Positions 6,145 through 14,429 of a DNA stretch of 16,161 bases are shown piece after piece (the first letter of the stretch is position 1; each line of letters begins with the position of its first letter). A program made the position numbers and the translations under genes. The stretch comes from a virus. Below the pieces are notes generated by a model. That model saw only the letters and a list, made by a program, of their open reading frames with translations, was not told the DNA's origin and searched no databases. The stretch is from IMG/VR virus record IMGVR_UViG_3300044833_000300; one strand, 5' to 3'.

Positions 6145-6397
6145 GCATTTCTGCCAATTCATCTTGGATTACGATGAGTTTTTCGGCCCGGTGGTCGCAT
6201 GGGACTTCAACGACCATCGCGTCGAATGCTGCGGCAAACCCGCACGTTCTAGGTACGAACGGGACTGGATGGGCAGATACAGCAGGGCACTGGCCCGGCG
6301 CAACAAAACGCCCATGGCGTGGCTCTGCGACGAACATTACGACGAACTGTTATCCGAACACGAGAAAATACCGAAAGACCCCAATGAAACTGAATGA
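6116..6397 (+). CDS. hypothetical Cys/His-containing protein (HRVECCGKP...WLCDEHY), 93 aa
   Basis: Coding-like codon usage. Overlaps the previous gene by 29 nt and the helicase start by 14 nt. The start codon is uncertain. Confidence 0.45.
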   Translation: MRTASSTATEHFCQFILDYDEFFGPVVAWDFNDHRVECCGKPARSRYERDWMGRYSRALARRNKTPMAWLCDEHYDELLSEHEKIPKDPNETE

Positions 6398-8381
6398 AGA
6401 GCAGACAGCGGCCGTGCAGCATCCGCTAGACCAGCCCGCTTGTCTGATCGCCGGGGCGGGGTCGGGCAAGACCCGCGTCCTCACCGAGCGGGTGCGCTGG
6501 CTCATCGACAACGGGGTCCCTGCGGGCCGCATCTGCGCCCTGACGTTCACCAACAAGGCCGCCGGGGAGTTGATCCACCGCTTGGAACTGGACAGCAAGA
6601 AAATCGCGGACACGCCCCGTGTCTCGACCATCCACGCCTTGGCCCTCAGCGGCATCCGCAAGAATCCCCCGGCCTTCGGCCTGAAGGACCGGGTCACCCC
6701 GCTGGACGACTACGACCAGAAGCAGATGGTCAAGAAGATCATCGAGCGCCACAAGTTCGAGATCGACACCGCGGCCCTGATGTTCCGGCTGCTGGAGAAG
6801 ATTTCCTTCCACCGCGCCCGAGGCATCGGGTTCCACAAAGAGTACACCGACGACGTGCATGAACTGGCCCTGCGGAATCATGCCGGGTACCACGCCATGG
6901 ACGAGCAGGAGTTGGAGTTGTGGGAGGAGTTCGAGCGCGAGAAGAAAGACAACTCGGTGGTGGACTTCGACGACATGCTGCACCTCGTGGTGCGCCGCAT
7001 GCGCACCGACCCCAAGTGGCTGGCGTCCCTGCACAAGCAGTTCGACCACGTGCTGATGGACGAAGCGCAGGACACCAACCCCGTGCAGTGGGAGTTCATC
7101 AACGGGCTGCTGCACCCCGACAACCGCAACATGTACGTGGTGGGGGACATGTCACAGAGCATTTATGGCTTTTCGGGGGCGGTGCCCGAACTTCTTAAGA
7201 AATACAGCGAGAAGTGGCGGGGGCTCGTCCCCGCCCTGTACCGCATCGCCCGCAACCACCGCAGCGTGCCGGAGATCGTGGACTTCGCCAATCTCATCCA
7301 GAAGAAAATGACCCGCACCCTGCCGCTGAAGATGGAGTCGTGGCGGGGCAGCAACGACGAGCACGGCGATGTCCGGAAGCTGCTCGCGCCATCCGCCCAG
7401 CTTGTGGCCGCGAACATCGCCTTGGAGATACAGCGCGACGGGCGCAAGGACATCCCCTTCAAGGACAACGCCCTGCTGGTGCGCTCGGCCATCCAGATTC
7501 GCGACCTTGAGGGCGAATTGATCAAGCGCCGGATTCCCTACATCGTGCGCGGCGGCCGGGGGCTGCTGACCACCGAGGAGGTGCGGGACGTGCTGGCGTA
7601 CATGCGCCTTGCCGCGAACCACCAGGACTTCACCGCATTCATGCGGGCGGCGGGGGCTCCGCGCTGCGGCGTGGGGGACGTGGGGCTTGAGAAGCTGCGC
7701 CGACAGGCCATCGAGGAATTCGACGGGGACTTGATTTCGGCGGGCCGCAAGGTCGCCAAGCTCCACCCGCTGTGCGACATCATCGAGCACGTCTCCTTGT
7801 TCAAGGAAGCCCCGGTCGCCGCCGTGGAGAAGATCGTGGCGATGTCCAACTACAAGGAATACGTCCGGCAGAAGTACAAGAAGGAACCCGGCAAGGTGCA
7901 GGGCAAGCTGGAGAACATCGAACGCTTCGCCATGCTGGTGATCGTCTTGGTGCGGGACAACAACCTGACCCTCGACGACTTGATCTTCCAACTCACCTTG
8001 GACCGCCCCAAGGGGGACGAGGCAGAGGAGCGCGACGCCGTGCTGCGGGCCTTCGAGGAGGGGAAGATCGACGCCGCCGAGCGGGACGCCAAGCTGCAAG
8101 TCATCGACCAAGGCTCCGTCACCATCACCACCATCCATTCCGCCAAGGGATTGGAATGGCGGCGCGTCTACGTCACCAATCTGGTCGAAGGCTCGCTGCC
8201 CCACAAGTTCTCCCTCGGCTCCGAGGACGAGATCGAGGAGGAGCGGCGCTTGTTCTACGTGGCCTGCACCCGCGCGCGGGACCTGCTGGTGTGGTGCGTG
8301 CCGGAGAGGCAGCAATCCCCTGACGGCACGAGGCTTACGAGGCTCGTGCCCTCCAGGTTTCTCCTTGAAATCGGCGTGTGA
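6384..8381 (+). CDS. UvrD/PcrA/Rep-family superfamily-1 DNA helicase
   Basis: Start MKLNEEQTAAV (UvrD N-terminus LNxEQxxAV). Walker A AGAGSGKTRVL, motif Ia LTFTNKAAGEL, motif II DEAQD, motif III GDMSQSIYGFSGA, motif IV YRIARNHRS, motif V TIHSAKGLEW, motif VI EEERRLFYVACTRARDLL. The first 70 aa of the six-frame ORF 6174..8381 are an off-frame extension. Confidence 0.9.
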   Translation: MKLNEEQTAAVQHPLDQPACLIAGAGSGKTRVLTERVRWLIDNGVPAGRICALTFTNKAAGELIHRLELDSKKIADTPRVSTIHALALSGIRKNPPAFGLKDRVTPLDDYDQKQMVKKIIERHKFEIDTAALMFRLLEKISFHRARGIGFHKEYTDDVHELALRNHAGYHAMDEQELELWEEFEREKKDNSVVDFDDMLHLVVRRMRTDPKWLASLHKQFDHVLMDEAQDTNPVQWEFINGLLHPDNRNMYVVGDMSQSIYGFSGAVPELLKKYSEKWRGLVPALYRIARNHRSVPEIVDFANLIQKKMTRTLPLKMESWRGSNDEHGDVRKLLAPSAQLVAANIALEIQRDGRKDIPFKDNALLVRSAIQIRDLEGELIKRRIPYIVRGGRGLLTTEEVRDVLAYMRLAANHQDFTAFMRAAGAPRCGVGDVGLEKLRRQAIEEFDGDLISAGRKVAKLHPLCDIIEHVSLFKEAPVAAVEKIVAMSNYKEYVRQKYKKEPGKVQGKLENIERFAMLVIVLVRDNNLTLDDLIFQLTLDRPKGDEAEERDAVLRAFEEGKIDAAERDAKLQVIDQGSVTITTIHSAKGLEWRRVYVTNLVEGSLPHKFSLGSEDEIEEERRLFYVACTRARDLLVWCVPERQQSPDGTRLTRLVPSRFLLEIGV

Positions 8382-8420
8382 GTGTAGTATTATCGGCCAG
8401 AAACGGAGGCCTTCGCAACA

Positions 8421-8615
8421 GTGAAACACATCAGCGACGAGATGTATTCTGCGGCGGCAGGCATGAGTAACGTGTTGTTCAACGCCAAGCAAAACACCAT
8501 GATACCGGCCGACTGGCGGCAGAACTTCGAGAACGCCCAAAAGACGTGGGACGCCGCGGTGGACGCTCACCGCGAAAAGCTCGCAACTGTGCGCAAATCG
8601 AAAGGCAAAAAATAA
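8421..8615 (+). CDS. small hypothetical protein (64 aa, basic C-terminus)
   Basis: GTG start with GGAGG 11 nt upstream. The stop TAA overlaps the ATG of the next gene (TAATG). Confidence 0.45.
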   Translation: MKHISDEMYSAAAGMSNVLFNAKQNTMIPADWRQNFENAQKTWDAAVDAHREKLATVRKSKGKK

Positions 8616-9553
8616 TGCCGAATTACGGCGTAATCGTGGGGCGGTTCCAAGTGAACGACCTTCACGACGGGCACATGGAGTTGTTACGGCAAGTGCGCGC
8701 CCGCCACAACAGGGTCATCGTGTTCGTGGGCACGAGCCCCGGCGGCTTGAGCCGCAAGAATCCATTGGACTTCACCACCCGCAGGGCGATGATCCAAGCC
8801 AAGTTCCCCGAATTCAACGTGCTGCTGCTGGGCGACAGGCGCACGGACGAGGAGTGGAGCCGCGACTTGGACGCCCAGATATCCTCGGTGATCGGGGCGG
8901 GCTCGGCCACTTTGTACGGCAGCCGGGACTCGTTCATCCCGCACTACAAGGGACGCCTCATCCCGGTGGAACTGGTTTTGCCCATCGGCACCGAGAGAGT
9001 CAGCGGCACGGACATCCGGGAGCAGTTCTCCGACAACGTCATTGAGTCCGCAGAGTTCCGCGCCGGGTTGATCTACGCGGCCAACCAACGTTGGCCCGAG
9101 ACCCTGCCATGCGTAGACATCGCCATATTCAACGACGACGAGACGGAGCTTCTTTTGGCCCAGAAGGAGGGCGAGAATCTGTGGCGCTTCGTCGGCGGGC
9201 ATTACGAGCGCCTGAAGCACTCCTCGTTCGAAGCCGCGGCCCGGGCCGAGACTTTGGAGGAAACCGGGCTGGACCTCGTAACCTTGGAGTACGTGGGTTC
9301 CTGCCCCATCGACGATTGGCGTTACGCGGACAGCCCGGACCACGGGATCGCCACGGCTTTCTTTCGCGGTCGCGCCATGACCAAGCAAGCGCGGGCGCAG
9401 GACGACATCAAGAGCGTCAAATGGTTCGCAATCGAACGCCTGAGGGCGTACGACTTTGTCCCCGAACATCGGGTATTATACGCACTGCTGCTGATGAGCA
9501 AAAAGGAGAAGCATGCAAACACTGCGGCTCAATCCACTGCTACAAACGGATAG
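8615..9553 (+). CDS. natV: bifunctional NMN adenylyltransferase (NadM type) / Nudix hydrolase, a NatV-like NAD+ salvage enzyme
   Basis: Starts MPNYGVIVGRFQVNDLHDGH, matching the archaeal/NadM NMNAT motif GxFxPxHxGH. The C-terminal half carries a Nudix box (GGHYE...FEAAARAETLEETGL). 312 aa. The first 23 residues of the six-frame ORF 8546 belong to the upstream frame. Confidence 0.8.
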   Translation: MPNYGVIVGRFQVNDLHDGHMELLRQVRARHNRVIVFVGTSPGGLSRKNPLDFTTRRAMIQAKFPEFNVLLLGDRRTDEEWSRDLDAQISSVIGAGSATLYGSRDSFIPHYKGRLIPVELVLPIGTERVSGTDIREQFSDNVIESAEFRAGLIYAANQRWPETLPCVDIAIFNDDETELLLAQKEGENLWRFVGGHYERLKHSSFEAAARAETLEETGLDLVTLEYVGSCPIDDWRYADSPDHGIATAFFRGRAMTKQARAQDDIKSVKWFAIERLRAYDFVPEHRVLYALLLMSKKEKHANTAAQSTATNG

Positions 9554-10955
9554 CTACAAGCTGTCCCACTGGTGGCAATACCCCCCGGACTCGCGCTTCG
9601 TGTATTCCTATTTGGAGTCCCGCGGCGGGTTCTTCAAGCACACCCAATTCTTCGGGGGGCAGCCCATCATCAAGACCAATTTCGTCGGCAAGGTGTTCAC
9701 GAAGGCCGACATCGACGAAGCCCGCGCTTTTTCCGCCCAGCACTTCGGGTCGGACGAGGTGTTCAACACCAAGGGCTGGACGCGCCTGCTGGAAAAGCAC
9801 GGCGGTATGCTGCCGCTGAAAATCCGGGCGGTGCCGGAGGGCACGGTGGTGCCGACACACAACGCCCTCATGACCATCCAGAACACCGACGAGGAATTCC
9901 CGTGGCTCACCAACTGGGCCGAGACCATCTTGCTGCAAGTATGGTACCCCACCACGGTCGCCACGCTGTCCTTCGAGATCAAGCAAGCCATCGGCAAGGA
10001 CCTCGTGCGCACGGGCGACCCCGCCCTCCTGCCCTTCAAGCTGCACGACTTCGGCTACCGGGGCGTCAGTTCCCGCGAGACCGCGGCGCTGGGCGCGGCG
10101 GCCCATCTGGTGAACTTCAAGGGCACCGACACGATTGCGGGCATCCAGTTGCTGCAACAGTTTTACGGCGCGAAGGAGATGCCGGGGTTCGGCATCCCGG
10201 CGATGGAGCACAGCACCGTCACGTCGTGGGGGCAGGATCATGAGATGGACGCCTACCGCAACATGATCAAGCGGAGCCCCACGCCCGTGATCGCCTGCGT
10301 GGTGGACAGCTACGACACGCACAACGCCGTGGAGAACATCTTCGGCGGGGAGTTGCGGGAGGAAATCCTCCGGCGCAACGGCACCGTGGTGCTGCGCCCC
10401 GATTCCGGCGACCCCACGGTGGTGATCGAGGACATCTTCAACTCGCTAGCCGACAGGTTCGGATTCGAGGCCAACACCAAGGGCTGGAAAGTGTTGTCAA
10501 AGCAAGTCCGAGTGATTCAGGGCGACGGCGTGAACTACCAGAATATTTTGCGCATCAATTCTCACTTGATCCGCAACGGCTGGTCGATGGACAACTGGAG
10601 CTACGGCATGGGCGGGGCCTTGCTCCAGCAACAGAACCGCGACACCATGCGCTTCGCCCTGAAGTGCTCCGCGATCAACCGGGCCGGGACGTGGCACAAC
10701 GTCATCAAGACCCCCAAGACCGACATGACCAAGGCGTCCATGGGCGGGCGCTTCAACCTCTTCGACCACGGCGGCAAGGCCGGGCACCGCTACCACACGG
10801 TGGAGAGCACGGAGGAGGACGCCTACGAGAACCTCCTGAAGACCGTGCTGCTCGACGGGGAACTCAAGATAGACTACACGCTGGACCAAGTCCGGGCGAC
10901 GGCCGCCAGCCACGACCGCTATGTGGCGGAAGCGGAGTCCGCTGCACACGCATGA
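9513..10955 (+). CDS. nadV: nicotinamide phosphoribosyltransferase (NAMPT/NadV)
   Basis: 480 aa. The N-terminus LLQTDSYKLSHWWQYPPDSRFVYSYLESRGG closely matches NAMPT ([30 protein letters not shown]). AAAGGAGAA SD. Overlaps natV by 41 nt. Confidence 0.9.
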   Translation: MQTLRLNPLLQTDSYKLSHWWQYPPDSRFVYSYLESRGGFFKHTQFFGGQPIIKTNFVGKVFTKADIDEARAFSAQHFGSDEVFNTKGWTRLLEKHGGMLPLKIRAVPEGTVVPTHNALMTIQNTDEEFPWLTNWAETILLQVWYPTTVATLSFEIKQAIGKDLVRTGDPALLPFKLHDFGYRGVSSRETAALGAAAHLVNFKGTDTIAGIQLLQQFYGAKEMPGFGIPAMEHSTVTSWGQDHEMDAYRNMIKRSPTPVIACVVDSYDTHNAVENIFGGELREEILRRNGTVVLRPDSGDPTVVIEDIFNSLADRFGFEANTKGWKVLSKQVRVIQGDGVNYQNILRINSHLIRNGWSMDNWSYGMGGALLQQQNRDTMRFALKCSAINRAGTWHNVIKTPKTDMTKASMGGRFNLFDHGGKAGHRYHTVESTEEDAYENLLKTVLLDGELKIDYTLDQVRATAASHDRYVAEAESAAHA

Positions 10956-11191
10956 GAATGACTGTCATAGTGCGCATCGCCGAGGACGACGAGAGAGTGA
11001 CCATCGCCCAAGGAAGGCTCGTGAGGACGCTTGAGGAATTGCCGCCGTCCACGACGATTTGCATGAGTTCCATAGCCGACCGTGTCTGGGAGCAAATCTT
11101 GAAGGATTCACCCGTCGCCGTTGCGGACCCGGTCGTGGATGAGCAAGAGTACAGCTCTACTGTGGAGGAGGAGTCCGTGGGGACGAAATGA
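10952..11191 (+). CDS. small acidic hypothetical protein (79 aa)
   Basis: ATG overlaps the nadV stop as ATGA. The long upstream six-frame extension (10664..) is the off-frame shadow of nadV. Confidence 0.5.
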   Translation: MRMTVIVRIAEDDERVTIAQGRLVRTLEELPPSTTICMSSIADRVWEQILKDSPVAVADPVVDEQEYSSTVEEESVGTK

Positions 11192-11508
11192 CCGTTGAGG
11201 GAGCGGGCTCCATCTACTTGACGTTCGGGATGCTTTGCAGCATGCCGTTTTTCTTCAGCTACGTGTACGGCAGGAAGCTAGGCATGCCCGTGATCGCCAA
11301 CTGCTTCGGGGTGCTGATCTTTTCCCTCGTGGCGGCAGGCGACTGCGGGGTATTGGCGCTGGCGCACAACCGCAGGGCCGTGACGCTCGTGGGGCCGATG
11401 CTGGCTGCTTCTTGCGCGGGGTGTTATTATTTCGGGCGGCAACTGTTGAAGGCGCTGCCAAAAACCAACATACAAGAAAGGGAAAGCCATGGCAACAGAG
11501 CTAATTAG
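11188..11508 (+). CDS. small integral membrane protein (2-3 predicted TM helices)
   Basis: ATGA overlap with the upstream stop. Hydrophobic segments FGMLCSMPFFFSYVY, VIANCFGVLIFSLVAAG, LVGPMLAASCAGCYYF. Confidence 0.5.
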   Translation: MTVEGAGSIYLTFGMLCSMPFFFSYVYGRKLGMPVIANCFGVLIFSLVAAGDCGVLALAHNRRAVTLVGPMLAASCAGCYYFGRQLLKALPKTNIQERESHGNRAN

Positions 11509-12019
11509 GAGACCGATCAAAACACAGGGGCTGAAGTCCCTGACCACCGAAGTGATGCAGGAAGTCAAGGAGGTTCTGGGCTACGACGTGCTGATGGAGG
11601 AAGTGGATGTCATCCGCCGGGTGGCCGAGATATTCAAAAAGTTGGAGATCGAGCCGCTGGAGACGAAGCGCGTCGAGCTATACAAGAAGGAAATGGCGGC
11701 GTCCGTCACCTCGAAGAGCAAGAATTACAGTTGGAATGGCGATGGGCGGAGGTACTACCGCACCGTCAAGGGCGTGTGGAGGCAGAAGACGCTGCGCGGC
11801 TACACCAAAGCGATCCCGCCGTTCGCCTTGCTGCGGGCCAACGAGATTCAAAAAGCCACGCAGGCGGCTGGCATCGAGGGCGCGTTCTTCGTCGAGGAAT
11901 TGACCAGGAAGCACAGCACCGTCATCATCGACCCCTTCATGGTCTTCGTCGTCGCCGGGAAGAAATTCTACACGGACGTGTGGGACGAGCCGAAGTTCGA
12001 GGGCCGCCGGACAGTCTAA
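11489..12019 (+). CDS. hypothetical protein (176 aa)
   Basis: ATG with a GGGAAAG SD-like sequence. Clear GC3 codon bias. Overlaps the previous gene by 20 nt. Confidence 0.6.
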   Translation: MATELIRRPIKTQGLKSLTTEVMQEVKEVLGYDVLMEEVDVIRRVAEIFKKLEIEPLETKRVELYKKEMAASVTSKSKNYSWNGDGRRYYRTVKGVWRQKTLRGYTKAIPPFALLRANEIQKATQAAGIEGAFFVEELTRKHSTVIIDPFMVFVVAGKKFYTDVWDEPKFEGRRTV

Positions 12020-12022
12020 AAG

Positions 12023-12232
12023 ATGAAGCCGATCCCCATCAGCGCAGCCAAACAGATCGCCGAGAAGTACGGCTACGACCAAGTCGTGGTCATAGCGCGC
12101 GCGGTGGGCGACAACCGCGGCGAGCACGTCACGACCTACGGCAAGGACAAACTGAATTGCGGCGTGGCGGCGCGGATCGGGGACTTCTTGAAGTTCAAGG
12201 TGATGGGCTGGGTCGCCGACAATGACTCTTGA
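12023..12232 (+). CDS. small hypothetical protein (69 aa)
   Basis: ATG 3 nt after the upstream stop. Coding-like composition. Weak SD. Confidence 0.45.
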   Translation: MKPIPISAAKQIAEKYGYDQVVVIARAVGDNRGEHVTTYGKDKLNCGVAARIGDFLKFKVMGWVADNDS

Positions 12233-12458
12233 CGCTGTCTTGGAGTGGATTCAAGCCAATCATGTCCCGGCGTTTTTTGCGGGCTGGTTCATTTTGCTGG
12301 CCCTCGGGATCGTGCTCAATTTCTTCCACCAGATAGCGAAGCAAGCGGTTTACGCGATCCGCGGCGTCCCGGCTCAGATCACGGTGAGTTGCCCCTGCTC
12401 CTGCCACACCAAGAAAGAGGACGAAGATTCGGAAGACGACGTGATAGAGGAGGAGTAA
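12222..12458 (+). CDS. small single-pass membrane protein with an acidic C-terminal tail (78 aa)
   Basis: ATG overlaps the upstream gene end by 11 nt. TM segment AFFAGWFILLALGIVLNFF. C-terminal EDEDSEDDVIEEE. Confidence 0.5.
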   Translation: MTLDAVLEWIQANHVPAFFAGWFILLALGIVLNFFHQIAKQAVYAIRGVPAQITVSCPCSCHTKKEDEDSEDDVIEEE

Positions 12459-12459
12459 A

Positions 12460-12711
12460 ATGGTACCTGCGGCGATGTTCATTGAATCGGGGGCGGCTTC
12501 CCTGTTGAAGATGAGCGAAGAAGTCAAGAAGGACCATCTAGCGGAATTGCATGAGTTCGGCCCTGCGGGTGTCGCGGTGCTGGGCGTGGCGGGCGGGTTG
12601 TCCCACGAATTGCAAACCGGATATTTGTTGGGGTTGGAGACCGCCCGGGCCATCCTTGCCACCGATGGAATACTAGTGCAGAAGGCGATTGACCCGAAGG
12701 ACGTTTTGTAG
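12460..12711 (+). CDS. small hypothetical protein (83 aa)
   Basis: ATG with a GAGGAGGAG SD. The start lies 1 nt after the upstream TAA. Confidence 0.55.
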   Translation: MVPAAMFIESGAASLLKMSEEVKKDHLAELHEFGPAGVAVLGVAGGLSHELQTGYLLGLETARAILATDGILVQKAIDPKDVL

Positions 12712-12713
12712 CC

Positions 12714-12935
12714 GTGCTCAGGGGAATGACGGCGGAAGAAACCAAGCTTACGGACCAGCGGGTGCGGGAATTGTACACGAGCAAGTGGACCATCGACAAC
12801 CTCACCGCTTCGTTGATGGATTCCTCAGTCGGCGGCCTGGGGCTGCATGAAGACCCGGCCCGGGCCAAAGCCGCCAAGGTCGTCGATTGGCTGAACCACA
12901 TTGTGGGCATAGCAGTACCACAGACCCGCGAATAA
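12714..12935 (+). CDS. small hypothetical protein (69-73 aa)
   Basis: GTG at 12714 or ATG at 12726 (MTAEETKL). Coding-like. Start uncertain. Confidence 0.45.
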   Translation: MLRGMTAEETKLTDQRVRELYTSKWTIDNLTASLMDSSVGGLGLHEDPARAKAAKVVDWLNHIVGIAVPQTRE

Positions 12936-12951
12936 AATAGTATTAAAGGGG

Positions 12952-13713
12952 ATGAACAATCCCTTTTGGCAAGAACTGCGCAGCACCGTCATGCTCCGTG
13001 GCACGGACTGGCGGGAAGTGGTGGAAAGCCTCCCCGGCAGGATAGACGCCTCGGAAGTGAAGTCCATGCTCCAGTCCCCCCACCAGTTGACCCATTGCAA
13101 CATGCAGGGCGTGGCTTATCTGGCGGGCTACCCCGTGTACGCCTCCCCCGACCCCGAGATTCTCGGGGAGCACGTCACCCTCGACATGACGGCCGAGCAC
13201 GTCACGCTGCAATGGCTGTACCAATTTTTCATCATCGAGGGGCTGATGACGGCCATGCACGACACCAACAAGCTCGCCCCCATCGCCGAATGGCCGCCGA
13301 TGATCCTCGACATGCTGGCGCGCAGCCTGCAAACGATGGTGTACATGGCGGCGCTGCTGACCCTCATGGAAGAGGGGGCGCTGGACGCCTGCGACGGGCC
13401 GGTCACGCCGCCAAATTTCCTCGGGACGCAAGACGCCGTCCGCCACAGGGTGGGGAAGACCACGGAGAACCTGTTTTCGAAGGCGCAGGACTACGGGGAG
13501 AGCTTCCGCCGCCACGGGCTGGCGGGGTTGATTCCCAGGCTGTGGGACAAAGTCGCCCGGATCGCCCAGCTTAAATCCCAGGATCGTGCCCCGAACTTCG
13601 AGTCCATGCAGGATTCGGCCCGCGACCTATTGGGCTACACGGCCATCGCATGGACCTTGGTGCTGGAAGTCCCGGCGGCCAACAACATTCACAAGGTGGA
13701 AGTCAACCGTTAA
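12952..13713 (+). CDS. hypothetical protein (253 aa), predominantly helical
   Basis: ATG with AAAGGGG immediately upstream and an AT-rich (TAAAAT) tract before it. Strong GC3 bias. No family recognised with confidence. Confidence 0.6.
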   Translation: MNNPFWQELRSTVMLRGTDWREVVESLPGRIDASEVKSMLQSPHQLTHCNMQGVAYLAGYPVYASPDPEILGEHVTLDMTAEHVTLQWLYQFFIIEGLMTAMHDTNKLAPIAEWPPMILDMLARSLQTMVYMAALLTLMEEGALDACDGPVTPPNFLGTQDAVRHRVGKTTENLFSKAQDYGESFRRHGLAGLIPRLWDKVARIAQLKSQDRAPNFESMQDSARDLLGYTAIAWTLVLEVPAANNIHKVEVNR

Positions 13714-14429
13714 ATCCGGCTGCGGCGGCGCAGTTGCTGCGGAAACTGGCGCAACGACAAGCGGCGCGAAGCCTCCACGGGCGTGTGCGGGGTTGGCGCT
13801 TTCTCCGCCAGCTTTTGCGTCCAGCCCGCGGTGTTGGGGATGGCGAACACCCCGATGTAGCCGCCCGCCAGAAGCTGGAACGGGGCCTTGACGTGTCCCT
13901 TGAAGTCGAAGGCGGTCGCCGGGGAAGTGCCCGCGGGCTCGAACCATTCGGGGGTCACGAAATCGCTGACCTTGAAGTCGTTGATCGCATAGCCGAGAGA
14001 ATCGTCCTCGCAGGCGTCACAAAGTTCGTACGCGTACGCGATTCCCGCCACTCCCGTGTTGTCCAAAACGAGCACCGTGGTGTTGGCGTACGGGTCGCCC
14101 AGCATCTCGATCAATTCATGGCTGGCCGTGACGGACCAAGACATCCCCGCCTGCTCGGTGGTGCGGATGAATATCTTGCCGAGCGGGAGGCCCGTGCTGG
14201 TCAACTCATGGTACCCCAGCGCCCCGGCGATGTCGGCGGTGTCGAAGAAGACAAGCTGCCAATGGGCGGGGTTCGCCACTTGGCCCTTGGGGACGTAAGT
14301 AAGGACGGCGTTGTAGCCCCAGATCGGGGCGAAATCCCGGTTTATTTGGATTTGCAGGGCGGCCGTCAGCCACTTGAGGGTCTGGTCGCTAGCCTCGGTG
14401 CTTTGGTTCAAAAGGTCGATGTAAATCAT
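13710..14429 (-). CDS. hypothetical protein (about 239 aa) containing an SHELIEMLGDP motif
   Basis: The only convincing reverse-strand gene. ATG (MIYIDLLNQ) has GAGGAG 8 nt upstream on the minus strand. The 13 extra N-terminal residues in the track ORF lack an SD. Its stop codon overlaps the stop of the + gene 12952..13713 (TTAA). Confidence 0.6.
   Translation of the reverse strand: MIYIDLLNQSTEASDQTLKWLTAALQIQINRDFAPIWGYNAVLTYVPKGQVANPAHWQLVFFDTADIAGALGYHELTSTGLPLGKIFIRTTEQAGMSWSVTASHELIEMLGDPYANTTVLVLDNTGVAGIAYAYELCDACEDDSLGYAINDFKVSDFVTPEWFEPAGTSPATAFDFKGHVKAPFQLLAGGYIGVFAIPNTAGWTQKLAEKAPTPHTPVEASRRLSLRQFPQQLRRRSRI

Noticed and set aside
5773-6162. 129-aa minus-strand ORF opposite the small membrane protein gene
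   Set aside because: Every supported gene in the 3.7-13.7 kb block is on the + strand. The + frame has consistent GC3 bias and a TM helix.
6174-6383. N-terminal 70 aa of ORF 6174..8381, and N-terminal parts of ORFs 8546.. and 10664..
   Set aside because: Off-frame read-through of the upstream gene. Conserved N-terminal motifs or SD placement identify the real internal starts (6384, 8615, 10952).
7152-8570. 472-aa antisense ORF (and the 6426..7115 -, 6440..6862 +, 7772..8323 + ORFs) overlapping the helicase
   Set aside because: Antisense or off-frame to a gene with all SF1 helicase motifs. Low-complexity R/G/H/P-rich translation.
9540-10322. 260-aa antisense ORF and the 9572..10243 / 9091..9819 + off-frame ORFs over nadV/natV
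   Set aside because: The NAMPT and NMNAT-Nudix frames are unambiguous. These are compositional artefacts.
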